This document shows positions 1 through 14,200 of a DNA stretch of 64,000 nucleotides, piece by piece. Numbering within the stretch: the stretch's first letter is position 1; every line of letters starts with the position of its first letter. The DNA is from the human T2T-CHM13v2.0 reference genome, Homo sapiens: assembly GCF_009914755.1 (NCBI RefSeq), contig NC_060931.1. One strand, 5' to 3'. The position numbers and the translations under genes are program-made. Below the pieces are notes generated by a model. That model did no database searches, had not been told where the DNA came from, and saw only the letters and a list, made by a program, of their open reading frames with translations.

Positions 1-187
1 TAGAGATATATCTATCTATATCTATCTATCTAGCATCCAGCAATTACTCTCTCTCCCTCTCTCTATATCTATCTATAGATAGATAGATATAGAGATATAT
101 CTGTATCTAACTATCTATCTATCTAGCTAGCTAGCTTTCTATCTATATAGAGAGAGAGAGAGACAGAGAGAGAGGAATCTATTAGGG

Positions 188-217
<30 letters not shown>
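1..217. repeat. Compound microsatellite (TAGA/TCTA, GA and TC runs)
   Basis: Visible tandem units; (GA)n at ~149-173 and (TC)n at ~192-217. Confidence 0.9.
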
Positions 218-223
<6 letters not shown>

Positions 224-239
224 CCTATAAAAGTGAGAA

Positions 240-515
240 CACCACATGTTCTCACTTTTGAGTAGAAACTAACCAGTGGATACACATTGACATAAAGATG
301 GAAATAATAGGCATTGGAGCTCCAAAAGTGGAGACGGAGAGGAGGCTGAAGGTTGGAAAATTATCTATTGGGTATAAAGTTCACTATTTGGGTGATGGTT
401 TAATAGAAGCCCAAATCTTACCATTGCACAATATAACCATATAATAAACCTGCACATGTACCCTCTGGATCTAAAATAAAATTAAAAAATTTTAAATTAA
501 AAAAATTCAAAAAAT
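240..515 (+). mobile_element. L1 3' UTR fragment (L1PA/L1PB-like)
   Basis: accacatgttctcact...aaacctgcacatgtaccct followed by an A-rich tail. Confidence 0.8.
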
Positions 516-1326
516 TAAATATACACTAAGGTAAATTATACAAGCCATAAGTACAGAATAAAGACATATATATTTTAAATTTTAGCCAAATGATATTCTT
601 CCATGGCTATGGAACACTTTATACTACAGTTAGAGAACAGCCATCTTCCTGGCATTTGCTCTTACAGAGACATTTGACTACAGGACCACTGAATTCAAGG
701 CTTACTGATTTACCCCAAAGATGGAGAATAATAATTCTGATTCTGATTCATAAGCAGGTTTCTGCTTGACAGTTTTGATATATGCACATTCTGTAGACTG
801 AGGGGGAAATGGATATTTATCATGAATTTACAATTTTCCAGACTGTATCTCAGGTGGTTTACATTTATTACACATTATTCTTCCAACAACCCTATTAAAT
901 ATTCCCCCATTTTCAAGAAAAATTAACTAGTACTTCAAGTTTAAGTAACTCACCTAGTCAGTAAACAAGGACTGAAACAGTTTGTCTAACTCTAAATTCT
1001 GTGTTTTCTCACACCATCCCATAACCAAGAAGACCACACATCTCTCAAGTAAGGGAGTTCCACGGAAATTCTGAGACCTCCTAAATAATCTTTGGTTCCC
1101 AAGTGATGTTTGACAAAGAATGTGAGTGTATTCTTATAAACAGTTGATACATTCACTTAAATTGTTGGAATGCTACTCTTTAAAGTGAGATGCATAGATT
1201 ATAATTTTTTTTCTTTATTCATGTACACATACTATCTGGGCATCAAAGCAAACATATCACAAAATGCCTCTTAATCAATAGCAAATTATACAATAAAAAG
1301 ATATCAAGAAGAGTTTGGTTTGATAG

Positions 1327-1632
<306 letters not shown>

Positions 1633-2596
1633 AGAATTTCTCTACATTACTTTTGCCTACTTTATTATTCTACATTATTTTGTCCTGTATTTGTTCTATA
1701 GATTTCATTTTTGTCCTGTGGATTTCATCGTTAAGTTATGTACAGGCTGGAAAAGTGGAAAAGATGACCAGTTGATCCATTGCACTACAGAACTACAACT
1801 GAGAACATTTAGAAGTTTCATTGATAGCTATGTTCACAAGTTAGAGATTAATCTGATCCCATGGCTGGAAGGACCATAGGGCCCAATGTTCTCATTTTAG
1901 AAGGGAGGAACTATTATAAAGTAGAAGCAGCACTAGAGACAGACTAGAGATTGGGTTTTAGTTTTGACTCTTCCACTAATTTGCTATGGAGCTGGAGGAA
2001 GTCCCTTTGGGCCTAGCTGTGTAAACTCATGGGGAAAAGTAACAAAGGAGAATAAATACAGCGGGAATTCTGGCTGCAGGGCACCATTGCCTTTTCTTGC
2101 CCATCTCTAATTCTAGATCCAACTTGAGCTCTTGACTTGTCTGAAGTTCCTTGGCATTTTAATGAAAATACAGCATTTTCTTCAGAATCCATTTTAAAGA
2201 AAAGCCCAAGAGGTAGGTAGGGTATCCAGATCCTCATTATGGCCCCAAATAGAAGATGATTGGACTATGGCACAGGCTGGTGACTGGTAAATCTCTTCAC
2301 GTGAACTATATTTAAAACAATTCAGGTCATAATTTTCCTTCAGTGTGACTGTAGGGGCAAGCTCTCTCATGGTACCCCCGGTCCCTAGTAGCGTTCCTTT
2401 CAAAGCTGGCACTTGATACCGCAAATTTCATTTGACACATTTATGCGCTTTTTTTCTAATAAAGGAATTTAGTGGTGTCCCCCTCACAACCTTCAGCTCA
2501 ATCATCTTTTTCAATCTGCTCTCCTGGTATTGCCTGCAGTCCTATCATGAACCCTCAGCAGCCGGGTCCCAGAGCAACTCAACTGCAGGCAGCACT

Positions 2597-2610
2597 GTTG
2601 CCATGGCAAC
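2597..2610. promoter_or_regulatory. Perfect palindromic RFX X-box GTTGCCATGGCAAC
   Basis: Exact 14-bp match to the RFX consensus palindrome, in apparently non-repetitive intron sequence. Confidence 0.7.
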
Positions 2611-3929
2611 GTCTGTTAGAACTAGCTCCATCACTTTCTTCAAAAATTAAAGTCTTCTACAGAGATCCCAAAGTTAATGAATTTTTGGTTAATTTGGCCT
2701 TTAAGTTTGTGTCAGTATATCCAATAATAATACAGATCAGTATTTAAAGTTTTAATTAGTGATTTATCCGCAACGCATAGGGGAGAAGTGGATAGGAAAA
2801 GGGGACTTATCTTTTAATGCAAACGTAAATACCATGTATTGTTCTCACTCAGAGATGAGGAGATAAGCACATACTAGTTTTTGGAGCAGCCGCCGTGGAC
2901 AGCTTCAATGGGGATTGCAAATAGTTTGTTAAAGAGATTGCTTAAGGAAGACACATTTATGGTACAATAAGCATTTTTCTATGGCTGGCTATGTCATCTT
3001 TGAATGATATGTAAGGTGCCTGCTGTTACACCTCAAACTGCCTTCTCCTAAGCAGGCCCAGGCTCAGGTTGGCAGAAGGCAGAGGGAAGGCTGCCAGACA
3101 TACCCAGAGACTAGACTGAGAAACAGTGATCTGCAAATCACCTGAATGTCATTACACTTTGTTGGCAAAACTCCCAAACCTGACCCTGTCAAGCACGACA
3201 TATATCTCACCGTGCAACCTGGGACCCAACCCAGATGGCAGTGTGGGGCCTGAAGCTTGAGGAGGGGCAGGCAGCTGAAAGTCACACTTGGAAGGCCTGA
3301 CTGCCAACCTCTGAGTTCACAGCCTTTGAACTGGCCATGGCATTAGTAAGTAAAAGCCACTCCACAATGATATGTCATCCCGATGGCCTAGCAAACAGAG
3401 GCTGGAAAAAAGCCATAAACACAGGGTGCTCTTGTTACTACAAAGAATTGTTACTACAAGGAATTTTTAAAGTAATACATTTTGATTTTGGGGGAGCAGG
3501 AAGAGGTTATCATGTACAACCCTCTTAAAGGAAGAATGAGAAAACTGGCACAGAGGGTAAAATGATTTCCCTAAGGCCACTTCACTGGTTGACCATGCAG
3601 TTAGTTCCCCATATTCCTAATTCAAGGTCTTTCAAATACATCCCCTTTGAAATTTGCTTTGCCGCCAAAGTGGAGGATTAGGACACACATTATCTCTGAG
3701 AAGCTCAAGGTTGAGGCTGCACAGAGTTTCTGTTTCATTTCAACTCCTCAGCCACAAACCAGGAACATCCATCAAGTCTAAGCATTCGTTGTGGGAAGTC
3801 TTTGTGTCCACTTGGACCCTAAGTTGTGACCCTAACGGCTTTAGTTAGATGTGATATGAGACGTGTTGATAAATATATTTTTATAAAACCTCCTCTTTTT
3901 AAAAGCATCTGGAGTAGTCAGGAGATAGA

Positions 3930-4095
3930 CAGCTATGGCTTAAAATACCAGGATTTGAATCACATGTCACTACTTTCTAGATGTGTGATCTTGGTTAATC
4001 AATTAATCTCTTTGTGTCCGTTTTCTTAATCTGTAAAACGAGGGACCTGATGCCTAAATAATCCTATTTCACGGGACTGCTGTGAGAGAATGCAT
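3930..4095 (+). mobile_element. MIR fragment
   Basis: tgtgtgatcttggttaatcaattaatctctttgtgtccgttttcttaatctgtaaaacgaggg resembles the MIR core. Confidence 0.65.
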
Positions 4096-4849
4096 GACAA
4101 TGCTACTGCTCCCTAGTATCTCTTATCACAGTATGGCCTTCTTTACTATCACCTTACTCTCTTTGATCATACTCCTTCATTTCAGGACACACACAGTAGT
4201 CCTCAAAGGCAGTATCTGAGCTGCTTGAGCACCGATGCTGGAACACAAGGCAACTTGCTGGGGAAAAGGAAGGGATCTCTAATCTCAAATCAAGCACTTT
4301 TTCCTGATCATGTTTAAGGTCCAGCTCATGTCTGTGGAGGGCTAGCAGGAGGGATTCATGCAAGGGCCTTTCTATCGTGCAGGTGAGGGATGGACAGAAC
4401 AGGAACAGGCAAGAAGTGAATGAGAACTCAGCACACATGGTCTAGGGGGTTGGTTCCATATTATCCATGGACTAAACAAATCCCAACACTGCCACCTGTA
4501 GGGGAAGAGGAGTGAGCCAGTAAGTAGAACACATCTGTAAGGCTCTTGTAGGTCTAAATTCTGATTTCTGGGGTGGGACTGGGCTTCATATTGGGGTGGG
4601 GCTTTATTATCTCAACAGAGTTGTCTTTTTAACATCTGAATGGGTCTGGTCTTACATAGGCTACCCAATTGTGTTGATGACCAGGAATGGTTTCAATGAG
4701 GGATTATGAATTGGGCCCAATACATATTCAGAAGACAGAATAAGAGTTTCTTATCCTGAAGCTAATGATAACTAGTCATATTAAATATATCAAGCTAAAG
4801 CTCTAGATTTAGTATGTGACAAAAAGTATACACCAAGGCAGACACAAAA

Positions 4850-5112
4850 CCATCTTATAATCATGTGTTGTATGATTCCATTTATATCAGCTCTCTAGAA
4901 TAGATAAATCCATAGCACATTGGCAGGTACCAAGGGCCTGGGGAGGGGAAGATGGGAGTCACTGCTTAATGGCTATGGGGCTGTGATTTGAGGTGATGAA
5001 AATGTTTTGGAACGAGATAGAGGTGATGACTGTACAACACTGTGAATGTACTAAGTGCCAGTTAATTGTTACTTGAAAATGGTTAATTTTATTTTATGTG
5101 AATTTCACCTCA
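4850..5112 (+). mobile_element. L1M (L1MB-like) 3' end
   Basis: tgtatgattccatttatat...ggtgatgaaaatgttttggaa...tatgtgaatttcacctca. Confidence 0.75.
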
Positions 5113-7532
5113 GAAGAAAAGTACATGCCAAAAGTAATACTTAAAAGTCACTGGGCATCTATCACCTAAAAATGGCTCCTCAATAGTGGAAGAACAACCT
5201 GAATCCTGAGTTCATGTTCACATAGATTTATAACAACACTCTGAATAAACAATGACATTTATTAAAAAGTCTCACTTGGCCCTGTTTGAGATGGGGCTTT
5301 GGAAATCACACTCCAGAAGGCAGGGAAGATGCCGCTACTAGCAGTTGGTAGGTGGTTAATGAATACTTAATATCAGCCACATCTCAAAACAGCAGTGGCC
5401 CCATATTTCAGAGATGGCCACCTACAAACCCAGATCAACCTGCTCTGTGAGGTTGGGGGAACTGATCACTGTGTTGTTACTTTCACTTTATTCTTGGCTA
5501 ATTTTATCTCTTCCCTATGACTTCCTGCAAAGACAGAGAGAAAGATCTAGGTTCAGTTACTTGTATCAGATTTGGATGTATCATGTTTGTAGATCATCTG
5601 CCCTTCTTTTTCCTTCTACAACCACATGGAAGGAGGACGCAGCTGAGAGGGCACTGCCAGTTCTCTGAATACTCACATCTCCTGGGCAATGAAGATAGAA
5701 AAATTCCCTATTCATTCACTGAGTATGAAGGTGCCTGGAAAAGGGGAAGTCTTCTTAGAAAGGACAAAGAATTTTGATGGGACACAGCTTGTTTGGGAAC
5801 CACATGGAAATTTGCGTTGATGGAGATCTAACAGGGACTGGGTCCATTGCCATTTCTGACATGAGGCAACACTGGAAGAGGGGGCTGTTATCTTTGCCTC
5901 TGCTGCTTTCTCCTCCCCAGAGTACATATTTCACATGCTTCTGCTTATTTGCTTCTCACCAACTTTTCATGACGATGATAACAATAATGATATCACCAAA
6001 CTGTCATTAACTAATAACCTCTGCACGACAGATGTTGAAACTGACAACATGTTTTATTTCTAAGCCCTCATGGGAAACTTTTAAGGTGATTATTATTAAC
6101 TCCATTTTATATTTGAGGTAAGTGGGGCTTAGGTGTCACAGAGCTGTGGGGCAGAATGAAAAAACTGACATTGCTTTTGATCATAATAACTGGCTTGCTT
6201 TTCCTAAATATAAAAAAAGCCAAAGTATCTGAATGAAAAAAAAAGAGAAGGAAAATGACCATATACATATTTGTACTTTAAGAAATCAAACTGCAGCCCC
6301 TTTAAGGACCCCAAGACTGCACTGTCAACTAACTAACAAATCAATGACTTAGAATTTGATGGGCATGGATTATGCACTCTGCTGTGTGCTTGGTATCATG
6401 AACAAGAGAGAAACAGACACTTATTTAGTTTGAGGGGCATTGAAAATGTAACTATTTGCTAATGGGAATACAATCAAACTCAGAAAATAACCAATTCTGT
6501 GATTTTTTTTTCTAAGAAAGGTAAACAGGAACATCCATCTCCAAGGTTCTCATAAAAAAAAGAAAAATCCATATGTATGTTTCTTGACATCTTAAAGCAT
6601 GCTTCAGTGTAAGCCCTTGGAGTTGGAAGATCATTCTATGTTAATAAGGGCAGACAATAATTCAAGCTTCCTGGCTTCCTCTGATCTTCAATGTCTTCTT
6701 CTGACATACTGAGAGATCACATCTAGAGGCACAGGGGAAACGCTAGCTCTCATGTTTACTCTGCAAAAGGATAAAACCCAAATGCTGTTTCCCGTGAACA
6801 TGAGTGTCACTGAAGGACACCTCAACCTCTGTGTAACGTGCATCTCAACCACCAGTCTGTGGAAACTAGGAGGCAGGAGCCATATCTATTTACCACATCT
6901 CTGTATTCTCCAGATCCAGAACAGAGCCTGACACCTACAGAGGACTCAAATATATCTGTCAACTGAGTAAAAGAGGAAGTGAGCACATGCATTCTGTTCA
7001 GACAGAAATATTCTAGCAAGATGAAGTTGATAGACTATAGTCTGGCAATTCTGATATGTATATATTTGTTGGTTTAAATTGGTCTTGACAAGTTTAGTGG
7101 TAAAATTTTTAAAAAACAAAACACAGCAAAAACCAAAGTTGTCCCCAGAATAATGGGTCAATAATGTTTCATAATCCAGGATTCCCCAACAATTCTAAGA
7201 ACGTCTTTACCACAGTCTTCCTTACATTTATATGTTCTAAAAACTATGCTAACTCTAAATTTAATTACACGGCATTATTTTGAAAAAATAATAGGCAAAA
7301 AAGAACACTGGTATAATTCACATCATTTAAGCAAAATACAGGCACTGACAGAAATTTAGAGAAAATTAGAAGGGGCCTCTTTAGAAAAAAATGGAATAAA
7401 TGTGGGTAAAAATCTAACCATAATTAATTGTAACCAAATAATACATTATGAATTGGCTCTGTGCTCATCTTTACCTGCTTTACAACCTGATTCTCTAACA
7501 CATATTGAAACGAATATTGAAATCATATTGAA

Positions 7533-7872
<340 letters not shown>

Positions 7873-10592
7873 TAGAAACATCTGGAAAAGTAAAGACAAG
7901 AGTGTTGTTTTTTTAAATGCATCCTGTAGACATACCAGTAAAATTTGATGTTGTTGGGAAAAACTGAAGACAATACTACCTATATGAGAAATAAAACAAC
8001 AAACAAAAATGTAATAATTAAACTTTTCTTAAAAGCCCTAGGTTTCTTTTGGAAACACCATTAAAATTTCCCATGTTTGAAATTATACGTGCCTCTTTAC
8101 AAAAACAAAACAAAAACCAAACAAACAAAAAAAACCAGAACAATCACAAACTTCATCTCAGGTGAAATGCATTCTGTCAAAACTTGAACTAATAATTATG
8201 GTGACATTTCAGTAGTGAAAGGGATTACCTCAAAAGGTCATGTCAACTCAACGCTGACTGACGACAACCACAGCCAGCCAATTAATTAATGCTAGGGACA
8301 CAATGTGGATTTTTGTTTTTACAACTAAATACCACGTATCTAGCAACCTAATAGACCTTTCTCCAGAGAAATATAACCCTAATATTATGTTAGATTATTA
8401 TGACCGGAAGGAAGAAGCTATAAATCTACTTTAGGAAACAAAAATACATTTTATCTGATTCTATTTTCCTAAGGAGAAGGGAGAACGAGGGGAAAAATTG
8501 ATTTCATCCAAGTATGTCCATGTTAAAAACATGGAAGGCAGCCACTACTGATGACCATTAGGCAAACTGAATTGCTGTAAACTGTCTCCTCTTAGTTAAC
8601 ATTGTTACTATTATTTTTCAGTCCATATGGAGAAATGAACTTGAATTTTTTCTCTGTGGAAAGCGTGGATCACACTGTGAGCTCTGCACCTATGATTCTT
8701 GCATCACCTGTGGATCTCAGGAAGTGCCTGAATCCTTCATTAGACTGTAAATTGCCTTATATTTTACAAGGAATCAAAATTTTTGATTCTCTACAGTTCA
8801 CCTGTGAGCTTCAGGAGAAAAGGTATTTTCAGAATGAAGCATTCTTCCAAACAGCTGCTTACCCAACATGAGGGAAGCTGGTTTGAGTGATGGTTGGTGC
8901 CTGTGCCACAGGGTGTTGAATATTTTTCATATTACCCTTAGTTTAAACAATGATCAAACATATGAATATATATATATATATATATATTAGCTATTACATA
9001 GTAGGTACTTAATAATTGGTGGCCACTAATATTGTCCACTGGAAAACCATAAACCTGGATTCTGAAAAAAACAAAAGCCTACTTAGATCGGTTTGTTGAA
9101 ATGAGGATGGGTGTGGGAGGTATATGAACATGACACTCTTAGAAGGGATCATAGAGAATCAACATTCAGCCGTATTGAACACAGTAGCTTGTCTATTCCA
9201 CATTTCCAATCTATTGCACAACATCCAATGCTGCCCCTGCTCATGGGCATGATGGCATTAAGCCTTACACTGAATAGTCTTGGGCATAAAATCAATGAAC
9301 TAGTTTTAAAACATTGGTGAAGATGAAGTTGGTGCTGCTGTTCAAAATAGGGATTTGATGAGAGCTTTTTCAGAATCAAAACAATTTCCCTCAAAACCTA
9401 AATCAATATCTTTTTAACTCCCTGGCATCATCCACATTCCTTTAAAAATAAATTATCTTCTTAATTATAATAGTAACGAAAAATTAAACTCCATTTTTCC
9501 CTTCCTTTGTTATTTAAATAATCTTAAAGCTAAGGTGAGTAGACAGATCACCATTGGACACCAAGTGAAAAAGCACTGTCTGCATGGACTTGCTGAAATC
9601 TCCAGTGAATCTGGGAGTGGCCCTGGACACAGCACTCCCTGGTCTAAAGTCCCTGCAAGCAATGCCTCTAGGAGAGATTCAGTCCAGCTTTAAGTATTTT
9701 CCATTACTATCTTGCACTATTATTTATTTTTCTACTTGATTAATGAACTGTTGATGTGACAGATGACCTACCATTTTCCCTGTAAAATGACTTAAGGCAC
9801 CAACGACATGAAGTAAGACTCATTTCTCTAGGTATCTAATCTAGGGAATGTTATTTTTGGTAATAGAGAAATTGTTTTTCCTATTTGTACAGTCTATGAA
9901 GGGTAAATGGTACCCTGATTGAAATTGTTGGAAGACATTTTTCTGCATTTCATAAATAAATGACTTTTCACTCGCCATGGGTATTTGGTACTCTACACTT
10001 TCATGGGTATTACAATGTCCAATTCTACTTGGTACATATCAGAGCTCAGCCCAGTTTGCAATGTGGTGTTCTTTATGGCTGCATGGATTAGGGTAAGAGC
10101 AGGTTTCCAGGCAGACAAATGGATCCCCATCCCAGCACAAAAACAAAACATCCTCAAGGTCCGTATTATTATGAGTCATCAGCAGACTTAATTGTGAGCA
10201 AATGGTGGTGCATATAGGAATCCTTACAGATTCATGGAGTTGTGATATGGGATTTCAACACCTCATTGGACCTTAACCAACCTATGAAACTAATATTGTA
10301 AGTAATCAATATGTACACACAATGAACAAAGTTATTATTCTGTTTATCACATGCAAGTTCCCTAATAAAGGCACGTCTCCAGCTGTCACAGGTAGAACAA
10401 AGCATTAACAGGTCTGATTACTCGCAAGTTCTACAACCCTTCTACTGTGCTATACCTGTGGCTATGTACAGTTTTCTTTAGATCATAAGATCAGTTATCT
10501 GGATATCTTCCTTAATAAAAAATGAAAGAGAACAGGCATGAAGGCTATTTGAACCTGGGAGCTACGACAGATATGGAGCATGTTTGGCCCAA

Positions 10593-10678
10593 GTGAGGCA
10601 AAGATGAGAGCGATGCATATGGTCATGAGATGAGCATGGCTGTGGCAGCGAGGCAGATGGAGGGTGAGAGGGAGGTGG
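10593..10678 (-). promoter_or_regulatory. YCAY cluster (NOVA-type intronic splicing enhancer) downstream of exon 17
   Basis: 10 YCAY tetramers on the transcribed strand in 86 nt immediately after the donor. Confidence 0.65.
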
Positions 10679-10685
10679 TGCTCAC

Positions 10686-10811
10686 CACTGCCTCCTCCAC
10701 TGGCTCCTCAGCCCGAGTGTCCATTCCAAGGTCCAGACCAACGGCAGGTGTGACAGCAGCCAGAGGCTCCTCTGCTTTTGGCTCTGTGGGTGGAGCCTGT
10801 TCAGATTCAGC
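10686..10811 (-). CDS. AMPH: Amphiphysin exon ~17 (126 nt, aa 425-466; AESEQAPPTEP...EEPVEEAV; cassette absent from the short non-neuronal isoform)
   Basis: aaacactccaag|GCT GAA TCT ... GCA GTG|gtgagc; in ORF 10623..10955; weak A/C-rich AAG acceptor. Confidence 0.96.
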
Positions 10812-11150
10812 CTTGGAGTGTTTGTTTTGAGGGTTAGAGGAAAAAGATTCAACAGGTAAATAGATAACATTACAGAATACTGGACAATTAAGATTTTCTT
10901 TGTCATCCCATAGGCAACTAGCTTCATGAAATCCGTGCTGGAGAAAAGCCCCCATTTGCCATCATAGGCTTTTAGAGAATGGAAAAGACTAGAAATAAAA
11001 TCTTATTAAGCTTCTGCTTTACCATCATCAAGACTGTCATTTCCCTTGAAGTCAGGCAAGACTTACCATTTTACCTACCCATTTTACTTACTTGCAACAT
11101 TTTGACTACCCACTTACCTATGATAGCTATAAGAGGTTCTGCTATTTTCC

Positions 11151-11226
11151 AGAGAGAGAGAGACAGAGACAGAGAGAGAGAGAGAGACAGAGATAGAGAC
11201 AGAGACGGAGGCAGAGACAGAGAGAA
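11151..11226. repeat. (GA/GACA)n microsatellite; a CU-rich tract on the transcript
   Basis: agagagagagagacagagac... run. Confidence 0.9.
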
Positions 11227-14200
11227 AGGATTCTAGGAGGACCCACAATTACTTGCCAGTGGGAAGGAGTAAGGAAGAAATCGCAGGGCACACAGTTCCA
11301 GGGCCTTTCAGTTTTATGAATATGCATTGCACCAAAAAAATCAAAGAGTCATTCTAATAGTCAGACTAAAATGCATTCATTTGACCCAACAGGTCACCAT
11401 GAAGCTAGTGTTCCACTTCCAAGGCTGGGAAGAACAGAATCAGCTACCTGGCTATTTGCTACTACAATCATAGATACTTTACTGCCTTGTTGTAAATTCC
11501 TGTTCAGTCCCTTTTTCCCTTTCTCCCTCCAACAAAATCCTTAGTAATGCATTTATTTCATATAATAGTTGTTTAAAGAACCACAGGGCAGTATTCTCCA
11601 TGGTTTCAATTATACCCCCTGAATTGTGTAGGCAGGGTGAGGTCTTTTTGTCCCAACAAGACATATAAACATCATCCTGATTTCAATTACATATATGCTG
11701 AATCAGGCTTCTGGCATCTCTTAGATCAAGGCCTTTTTAGTTTTAAAATTAGCAATATAAACTAACAGCAAGCCATTAAAAGCACCACAGCCAATGCATG
11801 TTACTACAAATACTGAAAATATTCCTTCTTTTTCCATTCTTATTAATATAAATAAACATATTTATCTAGCATGATTCTTTCACTAAATGAATGGCCATTA
11901 GAGGGCTCATAAGATCCTTTTCTATCACCAGAACACTTAAACTAAAAAAAGTTTAAAAGTGATTTCCCAGTGGAGTAAGAAGTCTCTAATTAATGCTGTG
12001 ATTGGAGAAATCAGTAACTTCTATCCAACTCACCATAAGCAATCAAAACACACCTCTATTTGTCCTGTACATTTATCTGAGTCAGTGCACATGGCAAGTT
12101 CCACAGAGAAGTGCTGGAAAAGTTATGCTGAGATAATACAAAATGAATATGAATAGCCTAGTGTTGGACAAATACACAAAGTATTTGTCTTATGTTTCCC
12201 ACCAAATCATTCCATTTTTATGCATGCCAGGATCACACGACTATTCTTTTCAAAGGACATAATAAATTCAAGGGACTGGTAGACAAGTGTGCAGACATTT
12301 GATTTTTATGGGCTTTTTTCAGCTTTAAGAGGTGGCCTGACATAATTTTTAAGGAAGAATGAGATAAAATTCACACTAATATGCTCTCAAGAGTCCTTTA
12401 TGGAAAAATACTTCACTTTTATTGTTTGAAAAGAATTATCTTCATAGTGGAACAAGTTTTCATAACAGCAAATAGATACTGTAAGTGCTCAGGGAATGAT
12501 CTTACCATTTGGGAAGTCAAGGTGATTTGCTATGACAGCCTGGTATCAAATGACCTTCACAATGAAGGATAAAAGGGTAATTTGAGAAAACACCAAGAAA
12601 TCCACGAGCAGATGCTGTTCACTGCAAGCTGAGTCTACTCTATGGAAGAAGTAAGATCGAAGCCAGATGAGAAGCCAAGAGATGTTTTAAAACATGAGCC
12701 AAAGAAATATAACATCATATATTTTATAAAATGCAAAGATATCTTAAAATGCAAAAAATATTTGCACCAGAGTCTGGGTTTCTTAGAAGTCTGAAGAAAT
12801 TCTGACATTTTTTATAAGGCAAGAATAAATAGCTAGGGTGATTTTATAAATGAGCCCAATTGCATTTGCTTGTTGAAATTTGACAGTGCAGCTGTGGTCT
12901 AAGTATAAAGAGAACATAGGATTGCTTATGTTCCCCACAAGTCACAAGATGTTTCACATACGACAATAACACATGAAATTTTACAATATGGCATTACAAC
13001 TTAACCTAAATTCCAGGAGGATAGTATAGCTCACTAAATGATGAGTAACAATGAAGCATGGTTATATATAAAATCAGCTACCCAAATTTAGAAATAGAGG
13101 CCACCTTTCTATTCCAAGATAATGTAAAATTGTAAGTATTTTGTCAAGAAAGAGGGAAAAGCAAAGATAAAATGTCAGCAACCGCTTGTGGAGAGATTTA
13201 ATATAGTCCTGTGGGAATTGTGCCCTACCTTCACTGTTTTTCCTACAAGATGCCTCCCTTGAAAGACATTGCAAATGGGTTGATCCCATGCCACACCTAT
13301 TTTGGAGTGCTGAGAATGATTTCCTATTGTTTGCTTCAGTAGCAGTCATTACACACTCAGAGAAGAGGTACATCCTTTACAGATATTGGTGGCAGCAGAT
13401 GCCACAATGGTTTAACTCTGAGGACCATAAACCAATTATTCCTTTAGAATAAAATGAGGAGTGTAGCCTTGCAGCACCTTTTCTGGTATCCTTTGTGATA
13501 AGATGAAAGGCGGGTCAATACAGAGGAAGAGGAGATGGGTTGGGACAGCAGGGGCAGAAGTCTAGTCACATCCAATGTGGCCTTGTATCCAGTTTCTCCA
13601 ATCCTGAGAGAGCTAATTTAGTGAGAACTCCAAAGGGCTTTAGAGGCAACCCTGAGCCCCGAGCAAGAGTTACTGATTCAAAAGGGTTTAAACCTGTACT
13701 CAAAAGATGTCCTGCGGGGCTGTATGATGCAGGCTGGGAGATGTACAGCTGATTACCAACTTCACCCCCTACCTCGCTCAGAATAGTCAATGAGCCAAAC
13801 ACTGGGACGTTTTCTTGCTCCTGGGAAGATCGTGTACAATCACGACTCACTGGGAGACATCAGTTCACTGTGATTTCCTAGATCAGAGGGCAGGACCAAG
13901 GTTAGCAGCATTTGCAATGCTGAACATGACAAAGCTAAGTTCCCCATGGAAAGAAGGGGCAAGATGTCTGCTTCAGAGAATACATACAAACAGAAGAGAA
14001 AGACAAGCATGGAAGCTCCTAGGACCAGCCATGGATGACAGGGAAAGGTTCACTGAAACTTAAAAACCACTGAATTCTAGACCTGAATCTTTTGCATCCG
14101 TGTAGTAGGTGTGAGTTTAATTATAACCAATTGCCTTTCCTTTTATACTGGTATTTCTCCATTTCTCATAAACCATTCATGATTGATAATTAAAAATTCC

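Noticed and set aside
2884-2906. REST/RE1-like sequence gcagccgccgtggacagcttc
   Set aside because: The right half matches but the left half needs an insertion plus a mismatch; too degenerate to call.
13940-14010. Strong-looking polypyrimidine tract with AAG/CAG acceptor in intron 16
   Set aside because: In-frame TAG after 10 codons and no convincing paired donor; cannot be supported.
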